Source of the DNA: a virus | Taxonomy: Duplodnaviria; Caudoviricetes | Direction: 5' to 3' (one strand) | IMG/VR virus record: IMGVR_UViG_2721755523_000003 | Location: 1 to 64,000 of that record | DNA: 64,000 nt | Shown here: positions 59,798 to 64,000 of the stretch, piece after piece | How the letters are laid out: each line of letters starts with the position of its first letter | How positions within the stretch are numbered: position 1 is the first letter of the stretch | Translations under genes and position numbers: made by a program | Notes under the pieces: model-generated | Database searches by the model: none | Told to the model about the DNA's origin: nothing | The model's input: only the letters and a program-made list of their open reading frames with translations

Positions 59798-60333
59798 CAT
59801 TGCACGACGACAAGACAGCGCAGGGCTGGCCCCTGCCCCACCCTGACAACCGCCTGGAAGACGACGTGCTGCGCCTGCGCCAGGCCGTGCAGGACGTGGA
59901 CCAGGCGCTGACCGCAGCGCGCCAGCTCATCGACACCAAGGCCAGTTCCCAGGGCGTGCAGGACGCCATGGACGTCGTGGCCCAGCGCATTGAGCAACTG
60001 GAGACCGCCGTCCAGTCGCTGAGCACCGGCAAGGTGGCCAGCGTCAACGGCGTGGCCGGCGTCAACGTCAAGCTCAACCCAGAGCACCTTGCGCTGGGCC
60101 CGGCCAACGGCGCCACCAGCGAAAGCTTCGGCTACGACGCCCAGGGCCGCATCAGCAGCATCACGCGCAGCGTCAACGGCTTCAGCGCCACCACCGCCGT
60201 CAGCTACGACGGCGCCGGCCGCGTCTCCCAGCAGCAGACCAGCTACCGCGGGCGCGTGCGCACGGAAACCTATGCCTACGACACCGCCACGGGGCGAGTG
60301 TCGGGGGTCAATGCTACGGAGGTACAGGGATGA
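59794..60333 (+). CDS. Fibre adaptor with C-terminal YD-repeat-like beta sheet
   Basis: 179 aa, WPLPHPDNRLEDDVLRLR coiled coil; GYDAQGR, SYDGAGR and AYDTATGR repeats. Confidence 0.65.
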   Translation: MTLHDDKTAQGWPLPHPDNRLEDDVLRLRQAVQDVDQALTAARQLIDTKASSQGVQDAMDVVAQRIEQLETAVQSLSTGKVASVNGVAGVNVKLNPEHLALGPANGATSESFGYDAQGRISSITRSVNGFSATTAVSYDGAGRVSQQQTSYRGRVRTETYAYDTATGRVSGVNATEVQG

Positions 60334-61010
60334 GTTTCGATCCCATCACGAATGCAGGCGTCAAGGCGCTGCAGGGTCAGGTCAACACGGTGCAGTCGCA
60401 GACGACTGCGCTGACGACGAAGCTGGCGCAGATCGAGAGTACGTTGGCCGGTTTGGGGACGGCCGCTGCGCGCAAGCCGCTCAGGGTAACCATCTACACC
60501 TGGGGCGCCGGCACGCATACGTTTCTGCCCGAGAGCAGCTACCAATATGTCTGGTTGATAGGTGCCGGGGGTGCCGGAGCTGTTGGCTACTCGTACTCCA
60601 ACACAAGAATGCGCATCGGAACGGGTGGAGGTGCTGGCGACGAACTCTATCGGCGAATCACTCTCACAGGAAGTGCGACCTACGAAGTTGGCGCAGGCAG
60701 CTCGGGCCGCGGAGGCAATACAAGACTCGGGCTGCTCTCAGTGGACGGGGGGCCTCCAGGCCAGACCGGTGATTTCGACGTTCCGGCCTATCCGACAACG
60801 CAATCGACGCGGCGAGGCCATGGCATAACACCCGGCAATGTGGGAGCACAGGCTGGGGGCTCTTCCAGCATGGGAGTTGGGGGCGTCTGCGGCAACAACA
60901 CCGTCGATGCTACGTATCCCACGGGATACGGCGCAGGAGGAGGCGGAAGCTACCCTACCCGCGCGGCGACCCCTGGTGCTGGTGGCTACATTCGCATCGA
61001 GGAGTATTGA
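60330..61010 (+). CDS. Gly-rich fibre tip protein (cassette A)
   Basis: N-terminal coiled coil, then IGAGGAG...GGGAG...GAGGGG; lower GC. Confidence 0.7.
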   Translation: MSFDPITNAGVKALQGQVNTVQSQTTALTTKLAQIESTLAGLGTAAARKPLRVTIYTWGAGTHTFLPESSYQYVWLIGAGGAGAVGYSYSNTRMRIGTGGGAGDELYRRITLTGSATYEVGAGSSGRGGNTRLGLLSVDGGPPGQTGDFDVPAYPTTQSTRRGHGITPGNVGAQAGGSSSMGVGGVCGNNTVDATYPTGYGAGGGGSYPTRAATPGAGGYIRIEEY

Positions 61011-61462
61011 CCATGGAACGCTATGCAAAAGTCATCGAAGCGGTGGTAGACAACATCGTGCTTTCCGAGACTGATCTACCGGATTGGATCCCGTGTGGCG
61101 ACGCCTCTCCAGGCTGGCTGCATGACGCCAACACGGGCCTGTTCACCCCCCCGCCCACGACGGTGTCCACTTCTGCCACACGCCACATCACCCCCCTGGC
61201 ACTGCGCCGCCGATTCACCCTGACCGAACGCTCGGCCATCGAATGGGCTGCCGTGGACCGTGCCGACACCAGCGAGAAACAGCGCAAGGATGCCGCCATG
61301 CTGCGCGCCTGCCTGAAGGACCAGGAGCAGGCCGGCTTCATCGACCTGGACGATGCGGACGTAGCCGCCGGCGTGCGGCTTATCGAGGACCTGCAACTGA
61401 TCGCACCAGGCCGCGCAAGCGAGATCCTCGGGGCACCCGTCCAGCCCGGCGAACGCCCCTGA
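61007..61462 (+). CDS. Fibre chaperone-like protein (cassette A)
   Basis: RHITPLALRRRFT...IDLDD...GRASEIL. Confidence 0.65.
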   Translation: MTMERYAKVIEAVVDNIVLSETDLPDWIPCGDASPGWLHDANTGLFTPPPTTVSTSATRHITPLALRRRFTLTERSAIEWAAVDRADTSEKQRKDAAMLRACLKDQEQAGFIDLDDADVAAGVRLIEDLQLIAPGRASEILGAPVQPGERP

Positions 61463-61475
61463 CATCTCCACCTGC

Positions 61476-61511
61476 AAAAGCCCCGGCACCTATTGGGCGG
61501 CCGGGGCTTTT
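61476..61511. terminator. Bidirectional intrinsic terminator
   Basis: AAAAGCCCCGG-N14-CCGGGGCTTTT. Confidence 0.75.
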
Positions 61512-61766
61512 CCGTTTCTGATCTGCACCCCGAACCGGTGCAAAAGCAAGCCTCTGTGCAGCCCTCCCGCACAGCCAAGGTCGCTGGCGCCCATGCCCCT
61601 GCCGCGAGAACATCAATGCAACCCGGGCGCAACGCCAGCGGCCTTGCAGGCTGCAGGCGCCAACCCGGCCAGGACAACCAGGCCGCCTTGGCTGCATGAA
61701 CTTCAGCATGAAACAAACCATCACTGTCGATCCCGCCAACGCCGCAGCTTGCGCAAAGGTGCCTGC

Positions 61767-62171
61767 ATGAGCCTGGATGCCGTCATCAGTGCCGATCTGG
61801 TGAAAACGCGGGCGGAGATTGCTGCGCTGGGCAGTGCTGTGGCGGCTGCGCGCAATGAGATTGCAGGGCTGAACACACAGGTAAGCGGCAACAGTGCGAT
61901 CAAAAGCGTACAGCGATTGAGAGTTCAGCCAATTGCGGACAACACAAGCCGCATCTACCACAGCGATGTAACGATTAGTGCGATCAATCCCCTGAAGTCA
62001 ATCGTGCTGATCCGCCGCATCTACTCCGGTTCTCGGTTCGACACCATTTTCCTGGATTGCGAAATACTCACCCCGACGCAGCTGCGCTGTAGCTCCTATG
62101 CTTACTACGAAGGAAGCTACAACGCAATTTCCGGGCCTCTCATGGACATCCAGGTGGTGGAGTTCAAGTAA
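61767..62171 (+). CDS. Short fibre tip protein (cassette B)
   Basis: 134 aa MSLDAVISADL coiled coil, then AIKSVQR...TISAINPLKSIV; lower GC. Confidence 0.65.
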   Translation: MSLDAVISADLVKTRAEIAALGSAVAAARNEIAGLNTQVSGNSAIKSVQRLRVQPIADNTSRIYHSDVTISAINPLKSIVLIRRIYSGSRFDTIFLDCEILTPTQLRCSSYAYYEGSYNAISGPLMDIQVVEFK

Positions 62172-62665
62172 TGCCCCACCACTACGCCCAGCTCACCCCC
62201 GCCGGCGTGGCCTTCGCCATCACCGAAACGCACGCCGAGCTCAACGCTCCCGACCTGCTCCCCCTGCCCCGCTACGACACCTCGGTGCTCGGCCGCCGCT
62301 GGACCGGCACGCACTGGGAGGACGTTGCGCAGGCCCTGCCTGAAAGCCTGGCTGCACCCGCTGCAGCCAGCGAACCCGCCTTACGCCACATCACCCCCCA
62401 CGCCCTTCGCCGCCGCTTCACCGTGGTCGAGCGCACGGCGCTGGAGTGGGCCGTGGTGGACCGCGCCGAGGCGGGCGAGGCCGACCGGCTCAACGCGGCC
62501 ACGCTGCGCTCGCTGCTCAAGGACATCGAGCAGGCGCGGCAACTCGATCTTGACGACCCCGAACTGGCCGACAGCCTGCGCCAGTTCGAGGCCTTCGGAC
62601 TCATCGCCGCGGGGCGTGCCCAGGAAATCCTGGACGGCCCCGTACAAGCCCACGAACAGCCGTGA
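62171..62665 (+). CDS. Fibre chaperone-like protein (cassette B), paralog of 61007-61462
   Basis: RHITPHALRRRFT...LDLDD...GRAQEIL. Confidence 0.65.
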   Translation: MPHHYAQLTPAGVAFAITETHAELNAPDLLPLPRYDTSVLGRRWTGTHWEDVAQALPESLAAPAAASEPALRHITPHALRRRFTVVERTALEWAVVDRAEAGEADRLNAATLRSLLKDIEQARQLDLDDPELADSLRQFEAFGLIAAGRAQEILDGPVQAHEQP

Positions 62666-62722
62666 CCACCCCTTTTTGACGACAGCCCCACGGCCCAACC
62701 ACCCCCCAACCCGGAGAACACC

Positions 62723-63916
62723 ATGGCGACAGCCCCGTTCCATCATGGCATTCGCGTCACGGAAGTGAGCGAAGGCATCAATTCCATCCGCATCGTGTCC
62801 ACGGCCGTGATCGGCCTTGTGGCCACGGCCAGCGACGCCGATGCGGCCACTTTCCCGCTGAACCGCCCGGTGCTGGTCACCAAGGTCGATGCGGCCATCG
62901 GCAAGGCCGGCACCAAGGGCACGCTGGCCCAGGCGCTGAACGCCATCAAGGAGCAGTGCCGCCCGGTGCTGGTCGTCGTGCGCGTGGCCGATGGCGAAGG
63001 CGCCACCGAGGCCGAGCGCCGCACCGACCAGGATGCCAAGGTCATCGGCACCACCGCCGGCAACCAGTACACGGGCCTGCAGGCGCTGCTGGCGGCCCAG
63101 GCACAGCTCGGCGTCAAGCCGCGCATTCTGGGCGCGCCGGGCCTGGACAGCCAGGCCGTGACCGACGCGCTGGCGTCCGTGGCCATCAAGCTGCGCGGCT
63201 TTGCGTATGCAGCGGCCATCGGCAACGATGTGGCCGAGGCCCAGGCCTACCGCGAGCACTTCGGCCAGCGCGAGCTGATGCTGCTGTGGCCCGGCTTCAA
63301 GGCGCTGGACCTGTCCACCGCCGCCGTGCAGGACGCCTCGCCCGTGGCCTACGCCCTGGGCCTGCGCGCGCGCATCGACCAGGAGCAGGGCTGGCACAAG
63401 ACGCTGTCCAACGTGCCGTTGTCCGGCGTGCTGGGCATCTCGCGCGATGTGCACTGGGACCTGCAAAGCCCCGATACCGAGGCCGGCATCCTCAACCAGG
63501 CCGGCATCACCACGCTGATCCAGAGCCAGGGCCACCGCTTCTGGGGCTCGCGCACCTGCACGGACAGCGAGCTGTTCCGCTTCGAGTCCAGCGTGCGCAC
63601 CGCGCAGGTGCTGGCCGACACCATGGCCGAGGCGCATTTCTGGGCCGTGGACAAGCCCATGCACCCCAGCCTGGTCAAGGACATCCTGGAAGGCATCAAC
63701 ACCAAGTTCCGCGAGTTGAAGGCCCTGGGCTACATCCTGGACGGCAAGGCCTGGTACGACGAAACGGTCAACGAGACCGCCACGCTCAAGGCCGGCAAGC
63801 TGGTGCTGGACTACGACTACACGCCTGTGCCTCCGCTGGAGGACCTGGGCTTTCGCCAGCGCATCACCGACCGCTACTTCGCCGACTTCGCCCTGCGCGT
63901 GGGCACCGGCCAGTAA
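62723..63916 (+). CDS. Contractile tail sheath protein (P2 FI)
   Basis: FHHGIRVTEV...KPRILGAPGLD...RFWGSRTC...DYDYTPVPPLEDL. Confidence 0.95.
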   Translation: MATAPFHHGIRVTEVSEGINSIRIVSTAVIGLVATASDADAATFPLNRPVLVTKVDAAIGKAGTKGTLAQALNAIKEQCRPVLVVVRVADGEGATEAERRTDQDAKVIGTTAGNQYTGLQALLAAQAQLGVKPRILGAPGLDSQAVTDALASVAIKLRGFAYAAAIGNDVAEAQAYREHFGQRELMLLWPGFKALDLSTAAVQDASPVAYALGLRARIDQEQGWHKTLSNVPLSGVLGISRDVHWDLQSPDTEAGILNQAGITTLIQSQGHRFWGSRTCTDSELFRFESSVRTAQVLADTMAEAHFWAVDKPMHPSLVKDILEGINTKFRELKALGYILDGKAWYDETVNETATLKAGKLVLDYDYTPVPPLEDLGFRQRITDRYFADFALRVGTGQ

Positions 63917-63979
63917 GCGGCGGCCGCATCCGACACACCCAATACACCGAACACACCGGATACACAGGAGAAAAGCACC

Positions 63980-64000
63980 ATGGGACTGCCCCGCTCTCTC
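63980..64000 (+). CDS. Tail tube protein (P2 FII), 5' end only
   Basis: AGGAG RBS then MGLPRSL; directly follows the sheath gene. Confidence 0.7.

Noticed and set aside
61593-61766. N-terminal extension of the 192-aa ORF and a 20-24 aa mini-ORF ending at 61770
   Set aside because: The extension is low-information; the mini-ORF (MKQTITVDPANAAACAKVPA) could be a gene remnant but has no supporting motif
60330-62665. Invertible (shufflon/Gin-type) or DGR diversification of the fibre cassettes
   Set aside because: Both cassettes have the same orientation; no invertase, inverted crossover sites, reverse transcriptase or TR/VR pair seen in the window

Overview
High-GC betaproteobacterial DNA, Comamonadaceae-like by gene content (inferred), in three blocks. 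(1) 1-41371: most of a lambda-like siphoviral prophage integrated at the 3' end of tRNA-Cys; its other att end lies left of the window. Lysis, tail, head, packaging and replication genes are on the minus strand. The cro/cI switch is at about 30.5 kb, followed by a plus-strand early operon ending in a ParB-like gene and xis, an AT-rich defence island and a tyrosine integrase. (2) 41372-47906: host core genes, tRNA-Cys, 3x tRNA-Gly, lon, clpX, clpP and tig. (3) 48.2 kb to the end: a LexA-boxed small gene followed by a P2-like lysis and contractile-tail cluster with no head, packaging or neck genes in view and three fibre/chaperone cassettes (candidate R-type tailocin). The main finding is in the AT-rich island. 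A Lamassu/ABC-three-component operon has an LmuA-like protein with no enzymatic effector domain. It is translationally coupled to an upstream 59-aa membrane microprotein (39671-39850) that the ORF track misses. The two proteins share a short Gly-Asp motif (SQxxNxxxGDxxxGD, with an exact IVGGD in both), which suggests amyloid-type signalling from an SMC sensor to a membrane killer. Other notable items are a 16-bp palindrome found three times only in the ParB-encoding prophage (candidate parS), a membrane-anchor/endolysin fusion and a Walker-A-dead helicase paralog. All family assignments come from motif recognition by eye; no searches were run.
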